In this document: one piece after another, positions 56,891-64,000 of the stretch
Position numbering within the stretch: the stretch's first letter is position 1
Layout: every line of letters starts with the position of its first letter
IMG/VR virus record: IMGVR_UViG_3300032287_003622
Span: 1-64,000 of that record
DNA from: a virus
Strand: one strand, 5' to 3'
DNA: 64,000 nt
Made by a program: the position numbers and the translations under genes
The notes under the pieces: generated by a model
Seen by the model: only the letters and a program-made list of their open reading frames with translations
Databases searched by the model: none
Told to the model about the DNA's origin: nothing

Positions 56891-57594
56891 TGCGTTCAAT
56901 CAAGGAAATAAAAAAAGACAGTAAACCAATCGTATTTTTAGGTAGCTGTCACAATATCCAAAATTTGGTAGAACTGTGTAATTCAAGTGGTAGAGAAGTG
57001 ATTGGGTTGATAGATCCTGATTATGATTCTCAAAAAGAATTTTATGGACTGCCTGTCCTGCAAAAAAAACCCTACATCAACGAGCCCGAAAAATATGAAT
57101 TTTTCGTGGCCACATGGTGGACACCTTTTCAAAATAACGTTCATCGGCGCAATCTCAAAAAACGCAGATTGTTTTTGGCCTGGATGGAATCATACAAATT
57201 TACAGGTGCCACAGTAATTCACGATACTGCTGTGATCAGTCCCAAGGCCATGATTGACTCGCATGTCAGTGTGGGTGCGTTGTCAATACTCGTGCAAAAT
57301 TGCCAAATACACAAACATACCAATATAAGAGAACAATGTTATGTGAGTCATGATGTTGTTGTTGACTCTAACTGTGTGCTACAGATGAAGTCCACTGTGA
57401 CCGGAAGTATCACTGTTGGTTCCAACACCTACATAGGCCCTGGAGCAACTGTGGTCAATGGCAGTCCATTAAATCCCATGCACATAGGCAACAACGTTAT
57501 AATACATCCAAATCAGCTGGTTTTAGAATCAGTCGCAGATAACACCATTGTAAGCTACAAAAAAGCTCCGTTCGTGGTGACGGTTGACCAATAA
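56890..57594 (+). CDS. Hexapeptide-repeat acetyltransferase (NeuD/PglD-like)
   Basis: VIHDTAVIS, VSHD, VGSNTYIGPGATV. Confidence 0.8.
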   Translation: MRSIKEIKKDSKPIVFLGSCHNIQNLVELCNSSGREVIGLIDPDYDSQKEFYGLPVLQKKPYINEPEKYEFFVATWWTPFQNNVHRRNLKKRRLFLAWMESYKFTGATVIHDTAVISPKAMIDSHVSVGALSILVQNCQIHKHTNIREQCYVSHDVVVDSNCVLQMKSTVTGSITVGSNTYIGPGATVVNGSPLNPMHIGNNVIIHPNQLVLESVADNTIVSYKKAPFVVTVDQ

Positions 57595-57612
57595 TCCAAT
57601 TTGTTGTATAAT
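57584..57612 (+). promoter_or_regulatory. Early sigma70 promoter
   Basis: TTGACC-17-TATAAT; similar to the promoter at 62522. Confidence 0.8.
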
Positions 57613-57666
57613 AGTCCTATAGTAGTAAATTGTTATCAACCTAAATAACTTACAAAGGACACAGCC

Positions 57667-58752
57667 ATGTCAGACACAAGAACAGTAACCTCAGTGCAGG
57701 CCCGCAAGAGCTTGCTCAAAGCATTTTCGAAAAAACGCCCACTCTTTTTGTGGGGTCCTCCTGGTATCGGTAAAAGTGAATTGGTAGCCGATATTGCCCA
57801 AGAACTTGGTGGCCACATGATCGACCTCCGACTTGGTCAGATGGAGCCCACTGATATCCGTGGTATTCCGTTTTACAACAAAGATTCAGGCAAAATGGAC
57901 TGGGCTGAACCGGTAGACTTGCCAACTGCGGAATTTGCCAGCCAGTATCCTATCGTGGTGCTATTCTTGGACGAGATGAATTCAGCGGCTCCGTCGGTAC
58001 AGGCCGCGGCCTATCAGTTGATCCTTAATCGTCGCTGTGGCAAATACTTTTTGCCCGACAATGTGGTGTTAGTTGCTGCCGGTAATCGCGAAAGCGACAA
58101 AGGTGTTACATATAGAATGCCCACGCCCTTGGCCAATCGTTTCATACACCAAGAAATGCGTGTGGACTTTGCCAGTTACCAGGAATGGGCAGTCAACAAC
58201 AACATCCATAAAGACGTGGTGGGTTATTTGAGTTTTGCCAAGCAAGATCTCTATGACTTTGATCCCAAATCAGCTTCGCGTGCCTTTGCTACACCAAGGT
58301 CATGGACATTCGTCAGCCAGATTCTTGAAGACGAAGACGGCGATGATGACACTATCATGAACCTGATTGCTGGCACTGTGGGTGAAGGACTTGCTGTGAA
58401 GTTCATGGCACATCGCAAGATTGCTGGCAAGATGCCCAAACCTGAAGATATCTTGAGTGGCAAGGAAAAAGATCTCAATGTCAAAGAAGTATCGGCTATG
58501 TATTCTCTGGTCATTGGCATGTGCTACGAGCTCAAGGGTGCCATTGAAAAGAAGGTGCCAGACAAGCAGTTTCATGAAATGGCCGACCATTTCTTCAAGT
58601 ACATGATGCAGAACTTTGAGACTGAGCTTGTGGTCATGGGTGCCCGTATTGCACTAACCACCTACAACTTACCGTTCCAGCCTACCAAGCTCAAGAACTT
58701 TGATGAGTTCCACAACCGCTACGGCAAGTATATCCTGCAAGCTTCGGCCTAG
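57667..58752 (+). CDS. MoxR-like AAA+ ATPase
   Basis: Walker A GPPGIGKS, Walker B LFLDE, AAGNR, LANRF, TPRSW. Confidence 0.92.
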   Translation: MSDTRTVTSVQARKSLLKAFSKKRPLFLWGPPGIGKSELVADIAQELGGHMIDLRLGQMEPTDIRGIPFYNKDSGKMDWAEPVDLPTAEFASQYPIVVLFLDEMNSAAPSVQAAAYQLILNRRCGKYFLPDNVVLVAAGNRESDKGVTYRMPTPLANRFIHQEMRVDFASYQEWAVNNNIHKDVVGYLSFAKQDLYDFDPKSASRAFATPRSWTFVSQILEDEDGDDDTIMNLIAGTVGEGLAVKFMAHRKIAGKMPKPEDILSGKEKDLNVKEVSAMYSLVIGMCYELKGAIEKKVPDKQFHEMADHFFKYMMQNFETELVVMGARIALTTYNLPFQPTKLKNFDEFHNRYGKYILQASA

Positions 58753-58762
58753 AAATAGGCCC

Positions 58763-58805
58763 GGAAGGCTGTGGTCATCACAGGCTGTGTCCATCACAGC
58801 CTTCC
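58763..58805 (+). repeat. Inverted repeat enclosing a 16-nt tandem repeat
   Basis: GGAAGGCTGTG/CACAGCCTTCC; AGGCTGTGGTCATCAC then AGGCTGTGTCCATCAC. Confidence 0.7.
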
Positions 58806-58822
58806 ATCTTTATTGAGTGCAT

Positions 58823-59167
58823 ATGAAATATACTGTTACCCGATTAGATCGTAGATACGCATACTGGGAAGAATTCAACTACATGATTGAGTTCCATAAA
58901 AATCGTGAGTGGGGTATGGGCACAGGTGTCTTGGACTTTGACCGTGCTAGAAAGTGGTTCAACGAGACCTATGGGTGGAGCCAGGAAGTGGACACCCGCA
59001 GAGAAATGGTTGCCAGCAAGGTACGCATGAACATAGACATACACGACTTCAGTTACCTCAATACTGACTGGGCCTGGAGTTGCAGATATCAAGAATACAG
59101 GATCTATGTCAGCGATCCAGCCCTGACCATGTTTGAACTTCGGTGGAGACAGCATGCGCCTGCCTGA
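58823..59167 (+). CDS. Small protein, FxL(R/K)W-tail family
   Basis: Contains VSDPALTMFELRW near the C-terminus. Confidence 0.7.
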   Translation: MKYTVTRLDRRYAYWEEFNYMIEFHKNREWGMGTGVLDFDRARKWFNETYGWSQEVDTRREMVASKVRMNIDIHDFSYLNTDWAWSCRYQEYRIYVSDPALTMFELRWRQHAPA

Positions 59168-59372
59168 TCCAGACTGGCCTTACATTTGCTATACCAGCCA
59201 CCCTTGGCCAGAAGTGTGTGATTGGTGCAAGGCAAACATTGGTGAGTTTGATCAGGAGTGGTACAAGCTGGGCGAAGACATTGCAGCCCAAAGCATATAT
59301 AGTGACTACAAGAGCACCTACATGTTCCGAGACGAGCAGCATGCTGTGCTGTTCCGGTTGAGGTGGGCGTGA
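59154..59372 (+). CDS. Small protein, FxL(R/K)W-tail family
   Basis: Ends FRDEQHAVLFRLRWA. Confidence 0.7.
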   Translation: MRLPDPDWPYICYTSHPWPEVCDWCKANIGEFDQEWYKLGEDIAAQSIYSDYKSTYMFRDEQHAVLFRLRWA

Positions 59373-59581
59373 TACGAGTTCTTGTGCAAAACGCACAGCA
59401 AGCCCTGGACCTCAAACAGCAAGTGCTAGATGCCGGCTTGGTCTTGCATGAAGATTTTTCTTGGGAATACATTCCCGATCACTACGATGGCTACGATGAC
59501 AGCAGTCACAGCCATCCAGAAGCTAGATTCATATTCCGTGATCCTGCACAGGAAACATTTTTCCGCATGCGGTTTGAATGA
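59369..59581 (+). CDS. Small protein, FxL(R/K)W-tail family
   Basis: Ends FRDPAQETFFRMRFE. Confidence 0.7.
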   Translation: MIRVLVQNAQQALDLKQQVLDAGLVLHEDFSWEYIPDHYDGYDDSSHSHPEARFIFRDPAQETFFRMRFE

Positions 59582-59805
59582 ATCAGTTAGAAACATGGCC
59601 GCCGCCCAACTGGACCGAGGTTGTGATTTCCTGGGATACCATGTTAAATAATGCTGACCGTAGCCCCAATGCCATAACCAATTGGTGCGCTTGTTATCCT
59701 GGTCACGGCCGTTGGCACTTGCATGGTTGGAAGAAAACTGAAGGATTTGCATTTAGATTTGAGGATGCCAGAGATGCAACAGCTTTTGGATTGAGGTGGG
59801 GATGA
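59578..59805 (+). CDS. Small protein, FxL(R/K)W-tail family
   Basis: Ends FEDARDATAFGLRWG. Confidence 0.7.
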   Translation: MNQLETWPPPNWTEVVISWDTMLNNADRSPNAITNWCACYPGHGRWHLHGWKKTEGFAFRFEDARDATAFGLRWG

Positions 59806-60092
59806 ACTATTATTACGAACTAGATGAACGCACACAAAAGGCCAACTTGGAACAGTGGCACCTTTGGTGCATGCCCAACTGTTCGCCGGCTGACGGAGGA
59901 CGCATGTGTTTCAAAACACACGACGCCTTCATGGCCAACAGCCGCAGGGTCTGGTTGGAAAATCGCAACGGTGTTTACTTGGTCAAACCCACCTGGGGTA
60001 TATACAGAGGACAGGTAGATGATCGTGAGTTTACCATGATCAAACTCAGAGCAAAAACTATCAAATGGTGGGAAGATGAATATCAAAGTTAA
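59802..60092 (+). CDS. Small hypothetical protein
   Basis: ATGA-coupled; VDDREFTMIKLR resembles the family tail. Confidence 0.65.
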   Translation: MNYYYELDERTQKANLEQWHLWCMPNCSPADGGRMCFKTHDAFMANSRRVWLENRNGVYLVKPTWGIYRGQVDDREFTMIKLRAKTIKWWEDEYQS

Positions 60093-61659
60093 ACGAATAA
60101 TCGTGCTTGGCGGCGGAACTGCCGGCTGGTTGAGTGCTGGCTTTTTGAGCAGTCAGTTAGAGGATGTAGAAATCACGGTAATACACAGCCGGGAAGTGCC
60201 TATCATTGGTGTAGGCGAAACCACGGTGCCACAGTTCCGTAACCATTTGGAAAAGATGGGTCTCAGCGAAGATGTATGGATGCGTGAGTCAGGTAGCACA
60301 TTCAAATATGGAGTGACCTTTGATGGTTGGCGCACAGGGTCAGATACTCGTTGGCACGGCTTTGGCGATTTTGTCACAGAAAAAGGTCTTAATCGTAGCC
60401 CAGATGAGTTTGGCAAACGTCAAAGCGTGGCCAAGGATGACCAAGTGTTATTAGCGGACTACTGGATCGAACTTCTTAAACGCGGTTGGATTGCCGAACA
60501 GGATCTTTATCAGTATGCGTCAGATACCTATCATCTAGTGCAAAATCGTCGAGCACACAGAAATCTCGACGGACATCAATATATGAGTCGTGTGCCCGGA
60601 TATGCTTACAACATAAATGCTTTCAAGGTCGGACAAACCATAAAGAATCATGTGGCATTGCCGAAAGGCGTGCGAGCTTTGGAAAGACACATAGTTGAAG
60701 TGCGCCGTGGAGAAAATGAAGAAATCACAGGTCTTGTGGATGACACTGGAGAAACGCACACCGCTGATCTCTACATAGACTGCTCAGGATTCAAGCGCCT
60801 GCTGATAGGTACAGTGGCCAAATGGATTTCGTTTGAAAAGAGATTGCCTTGTAAGAATGCCATCGGTGGTCGTGTGTATTATCAAGACGACCAAGAAGAA
60901 TTTTGTGTGCCTAATCTACATGCAACTGCTCTTAAACACGGTTGGTCATGGCGTGTGCCGTTGCGTGATGACTTGGGTTCGGGCTATGTATATGATACTA
61001 GATTTACCACCACAGACCAGGCCATTGCTGAATTACAAGATTATTGGCATAGCCAAGGAAAACAATGGGATCACAAGGTCACGTTGAGTTTTGAAAATGG
61101 TATCTTAGAAAAATCTGCCCACCGTAACGTGATTGCATGTGGACTCAGCTCCAACTTCCTAGAGCCTTTGGAAGCCACGTCAATAAGTTTTACTACCTTG
61201 GTCAACGAACTGTTGGTAGCAGTGCTGAAAAAACACGACAACCATTGGTCATGGAAAGAAGCTGAAGTCATCAGCAGACTCATGCATAGAGAGATCAAGA
61301 TCACCGGCGACTTCTTGTGGTGCCATTATGCACTCACCGAAAGAACAGATACCGAGTTCTGGCGTGAAGTCGCAAAACAACGTGAGGAAGCCATAGAAAC
61401 TTGTCATAACTGGTTTGGACGTCATTTCAGCGATATCTATCGTAGAGAAAAAGACTTTGATCACACACGCTACAACAAATATGACTGGGCACAGATGATC
61501 ACTACCATGCGTATCTGGCAGGATTGTCCTACACGTGAAATCACAGAGGCCTTGTTGCCTAGAGCACGACTATGGTATCAGCATAGAGACGAAATGGCCC
61601 AAGGTGTGCTGGATCTTGTGCCCACACACTGGCAACTGATACAACATATCAATCAATGA
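60076..61659 (+). CDS. Flavin-dependent tryptophan halogenase-family protein
   Basis: GGGTAGW, IGVGETT, STFK lysine, IDCSGF, GWSWRVP, FLEPLEATSI. Confidence 0.9.
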   Translation: MNIKVKRIIVLGGGTAGWLSAGFLSSQLEDVEITVIHSREVPIIGVGETTVPQFRNHLEKMGLSEDVWMRESGSTFKYGVTFDGWRTGSDTRWHGFGDFVTEKGLNRSPDEFGKRQSVAKDDQVLLADYWIELLKRGWIAEQDLYQYASDTYHLVQNRRAHRNLDGHQYMSRVPGYAYNINAFKVGQTIKNHVALPKGVRALERHIVEVRRGENEEITGLVDDTGETHTADLYIDCSGFKRLLIGTVAKWISFEKRLPCKNAIGGRVYYQDDQEEFCVPNLHATALKHGWSWRVPLRDDLGSGYVYDTRFTTTDQAIAELQDYWHSQGKQWDHKVTLSFENGILEKSAHRNVIACGLSSNFLEPLEATSISFTTLVNELLVAVLKKHDNHWSWKEAEVISRLMHREIKITGDFLWCHYALTERTDTEFWREVAKQREEAIETCHNWFGRHFSDIYRREKDFDHTRYNKYDWAQMITTMRIWQDCPTREITEALLPRARLWYQHRDEMAQGVLDLVPTHWQLIQHINQ

Positions 61660-61973
61660 AAAATAACTCTATACGAGCACGTCTCACTGCATTGTCTCAA
61701 AAAATTGACTCACCCAGCCGAGATGAATACTATGATACTCCTGAAGCCAGGATCGATACCATAGTGGGTCGAGACCGTGTATATTATCTTCGTCTGCGTG
61801 CAGTCAAACAGGAATGGGACAAAAGTGACAACCCTGTCAGGCAAGAGTTCCAGGAATATCTCAGGGAAACATATGGCATAGAAATGACCATACAACCCGA
61901 GGGAATAGATTTACAATATCGAATCTTGGACGAAAAAAAGCACACCTTGTTCTTGCTCAAGTTTGGCGGATAA
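61656..61973 (+). CDS. Small protein, FxL(R/K)W-tail family
   Basis: Ends ILDEKKHTLFLLKFGG. Confidence 0.7.
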   Translation: MKNNSIRARLTALSQKIDSPSRDEYYDTPEARIDTIVGRDRVYYLRLRAVKQEWDKSDNPVRQEFQEYLRETYGIEMTIQPEGIDLQYRILDEKKHTLFLLKFGG

Positions 61974-62221
61974 TGCACTTAAACAACTACACCATTCCTA
62001 GGCCTGCCGACAAGGTTCTTGATCAATGTCATGCAGTTTACATCCGTGATCCAGCATTTCGTATGCGGCAGATGAAACAGTATTGTCGAGAACAGAATTT
62101 AAGTTTGGTATGGTCAGAGCTGGTTGATACCACAGATGTCAGTGCATACTTTGATGAATCTGCAGCATTCTATTTTATTGACCCAGCAGATGCTACTTTA
62201 TTCAGTTTGAAATACAAATGA
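61973..62221 (+). CDS. Small protein, FxL(R/K)W-tail family
   Basis: Ends FIDPADATLFSLKYK. Confidence 0.7.
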   Translation: MHLNNYTIPRPADKVLDQCHAVYIRDPAFRMRQMKQYCREQNLSLVWSELVDTTDVSAYFDESAAFYFIDPADATLFSLKYK

Positions 62222-62532
62222 AAATAACTGTTAAAAAAAATCTAATCATATTCCACCGGGTGGATGAGTGGAGTGCGTTGTTCCAACGGTTGCTGAAGGA
62301 ACATGGTGCCAAGATCGCTATCAGCACAGTATGCCGTCGTGAGTTGGGATTTACTATACGCAGACACAAGGGACTTGAACCGCACGATGAAAACACCTGG
62401 GAAGTTATGAAAAGCGAAGGGTGGCATCATCGTTATTACTACCAAGATCAGATACATCTTGATTGGTATGATGAAGCAAAAATGACCTGGTTTGTGCTAA
62501 AATACCTAAATAACTGCACGGTTGACCAATAA
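62218..62532 (+). CDS. Small protein, FxL(R/K)W-tail family
   Basis: Contains WYDEAKMTWFVLKY near the C-terminus. Confidence 0.7.
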   Translation: MKITVKKNLIIFHRVDEWSALFQRLLKEHGAKIAISTVCRRELGFTIRRHKGLEPHDENTWEVMKSEGWHHRYYYQDQIHLDWYDEAKMTWFVLKYLNNCTVDQ

Positions 62533-62550
62533 ATCCGTTTTTGCTATAAT
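62522..62550 (+). promoter_or_regulatory. Early sigma70 promoter
   Basis: TTGACC-17-TATAAT with extended TG. Confidence 0.82.
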
Positions 62551-62579
62551 ATTATATACAGTCAGATAATAGGAGCAGT

Positions 62580-63875
62580 ATGAGCACAGCCGCTACAAGC
62601 CAGAACAAGAAAGAAGCCGACAAGTTCAAGGACTTGATTGGACCCATGGATCCCAAACTGGATCGTGAGGTTCGTGAAAAGCTGATCACAGCTCGTGTGG
62701 GTCTATTGCTTCGTGCCAGCTTCTTTGGTAACTTGGCCACCCGCCTAAAGTTAGTAAACGCTGACGAATGGTGTGGCACAGCCGCAACTGACGGACGTCA
62801 TTTCTATTACAATAGCAGATTCATTGACATGCTCCGTCCCAAAGAGATCGAGTTCTTGTTTGGGCATGAGGTCTTGCATTGTGTGTATGATCACTTTGGT
62901 CGCAGAGGCGATCGTGATCCCATGCTGTTCAATGTGGCCAATGACTATGCTGTCAACAGTGACTTGAAAAAACACAGGGTAGGCGAGTTTATCACATCAG
63001 TGCCCTGCTTGTATGACAGCAAGTTTGAAGGCAAGAGCAGTGAAGAGATCTATGATATCTTGTACGAGAATGCTGAAAAGATCAATCTTTCTGATCTTGT
63101 AGACAAGCTCTTGGACGATCACTTGGATGGCGAAGGTGATGGTGAAGGTGACGACGATGGCGATGACAAAGACGGCAAAGGCAAAGGTCGTCCCAAACTC
63201 AGTCAAGAAGAACGTCAAAAGATCAAGGACGAGATCAAAGAAGCGGTCCTATCAGCAGCCGCGGCATCGGATGGCGCCGGTAACTTGCCTGCAGGTGTCA
63301 AGCGTCTTATCCAAGACATGACTGCGCCCAAGATGAACTGGCGTGAACTGCTTCGGATGCAGTTGGAATCAACCATCAAGAGTGACTTTACCTGGATGCG
63401 GGCCAGCCGACGTGGTTGGCACATGGACGCTGTCATGCCCGGTATGAAGAATGACGAAATGATTGATATTGCCATAGGCATTGATGCATCAGGTAGTATT
63501 GACGAGCGCATGCTTCGGGACTTCTTGGCAGAAACCCAGGGTATCATGGACCAGTTCCAGAGCTACAAAATCCATATCTTTACCTTTGATACCAAGACAT
63601 ACAATCCTGAAACCTATAACTCAGACAACTTAGACAGCATCTGCGATTATGAAGTCAAGGGTGGTGGTGGCACAGACTTTGATGCCATCTACAACTACTT
63701 GAAAGAAGAACAGATCGAGCCCAAACGCTTGGTCGTGTTCACAGATGGTTACCCATTCGGATCCTGGGGTGATGAAAACTATGCCGACACGGTGTGGATT
63801 ATTCATGGTAATCAAACTGTAGTTCCACCATGGGGTCAATATGCTTACTATGAAAAGGAAACAGCACATGCTTGA
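62580..63875 (+). CDS. Metallopeptidase-like plus vWA domain protein (DUF2201 type), likely MoxR partner
   Basis: TAATDG, HEVLH (HExxH), acidic linker, MIDAS DASGS, GGGGTDF, FTDG. Confidence 0.9.
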   Translation: MSTAATSQNKKEADKFKDLIGPMDPKLDREVREKLITARVGLLLRASFFGNLATRLKLVNADEWCGTAATDGRHFYYNSRFIDMLRPKEIEFLFGHEVLHCVYDHFGRRGDRDPMLFNVANDYAVNSDLKKHRVGEFITSVPCLYDSKFEGKSSEEIYDILYENAEKINLSDLVDKLLDDHLDGEGDGEGDDDGDDKDGKGKGRPKLSQEERQKIKDEIKEAVLSAAAASDGAGNLPAGVKRLIQDMTAPKMNWRELLRMQLESTIKSDFTWMRASRRGWHMDAVMPGMKNDEMIDIAIGIDASGSIDERMLRDFLAETQGIMDQFQSYKIHIFTFDTKTYNPETYNSDNLDSICDYEVKGGGGTDFDAIYNYLKEEQIEPKRLVVFTDGYPFGSWGDENYADTVWIIHGNQTVVPPWGQYAYYEKETAHA

Positions 63876-64000
63876 ACGTTTTAGACATTGGTATTTGGCC
63901 AACGCAACCCAAATCACTTGGTTTATCATTGGTGCCATGATCATGAGTGGACTAATCTACTTTGGTCAAGGACAGTGGTTGAATGCTCTAGTTTGTTTTG
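63868..64000 (+). CDS. Membrane protein, truncated by the window end
   Basis: MLERFRHWYLANATQITWFIIGAMIMSGLIYF...; SD AAGGA. Confidence 0.6.
   Translation, partial: MLERFRHWYLANATQITWFIIGAMIMSGLIYFGQGQWLNALVCF

Noticed and set aside
83-63944. Numerous 60-200 aa antisense and alternate-frame ORFs in the track
   Set aside because: They are shadows of well-supported genes and lack an SD or recognisable motifs.
1-64000. CRISPR array, alternative genetic code, or inteins in the polymerase
   Set aside because: No regularly spaced repeats were seen; genes end at TAA, TGA and TAG with normal coupling; the polymerase has normal length.

Overview
A 64-kb slice of a large T4-like lytic dsDNA phage (about 45% GC by eye, almost all genes on the + strand, standard genetic code). 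The host is probably an aquatic proteobacterium. From left to right it contains: (1) a late module of probable head-packaged proteins with T4-like capsid-targeting N-termini, plus Dps; (2) replication genes (family B DNA polymerase, sliding clamp, RNase H-type exonuclease); (3) a dispersed 7-deazaguanine DNA-modification pathway (dpdA, dpdL-like, folE, queD, queE; no queC seen) mixed with many sugar-modifying enzymes; (4) translation-support RNAs (a permuted two-piece tmRNA and seven tRNA or tRNA-like genes, several structurally aberrant); (5) a MoxR ATPase / vWA pair flanking an array of small paralogs and a flavin halogenase. The most striking unannotated element is an attenuator at 54518-54720. 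It has a 33-codon leader peptide that uses 19 of the 20 amino acids and overlaps a mutually exclusive antiterminator/terminator ahead of the tRNA operon, so it looks like a general tRNA-depletion sensor. A preQ1-I-like pseudoknot also precedes queD. All protein calls rest on motif recognition by eye; no database searches or folding programs were run.
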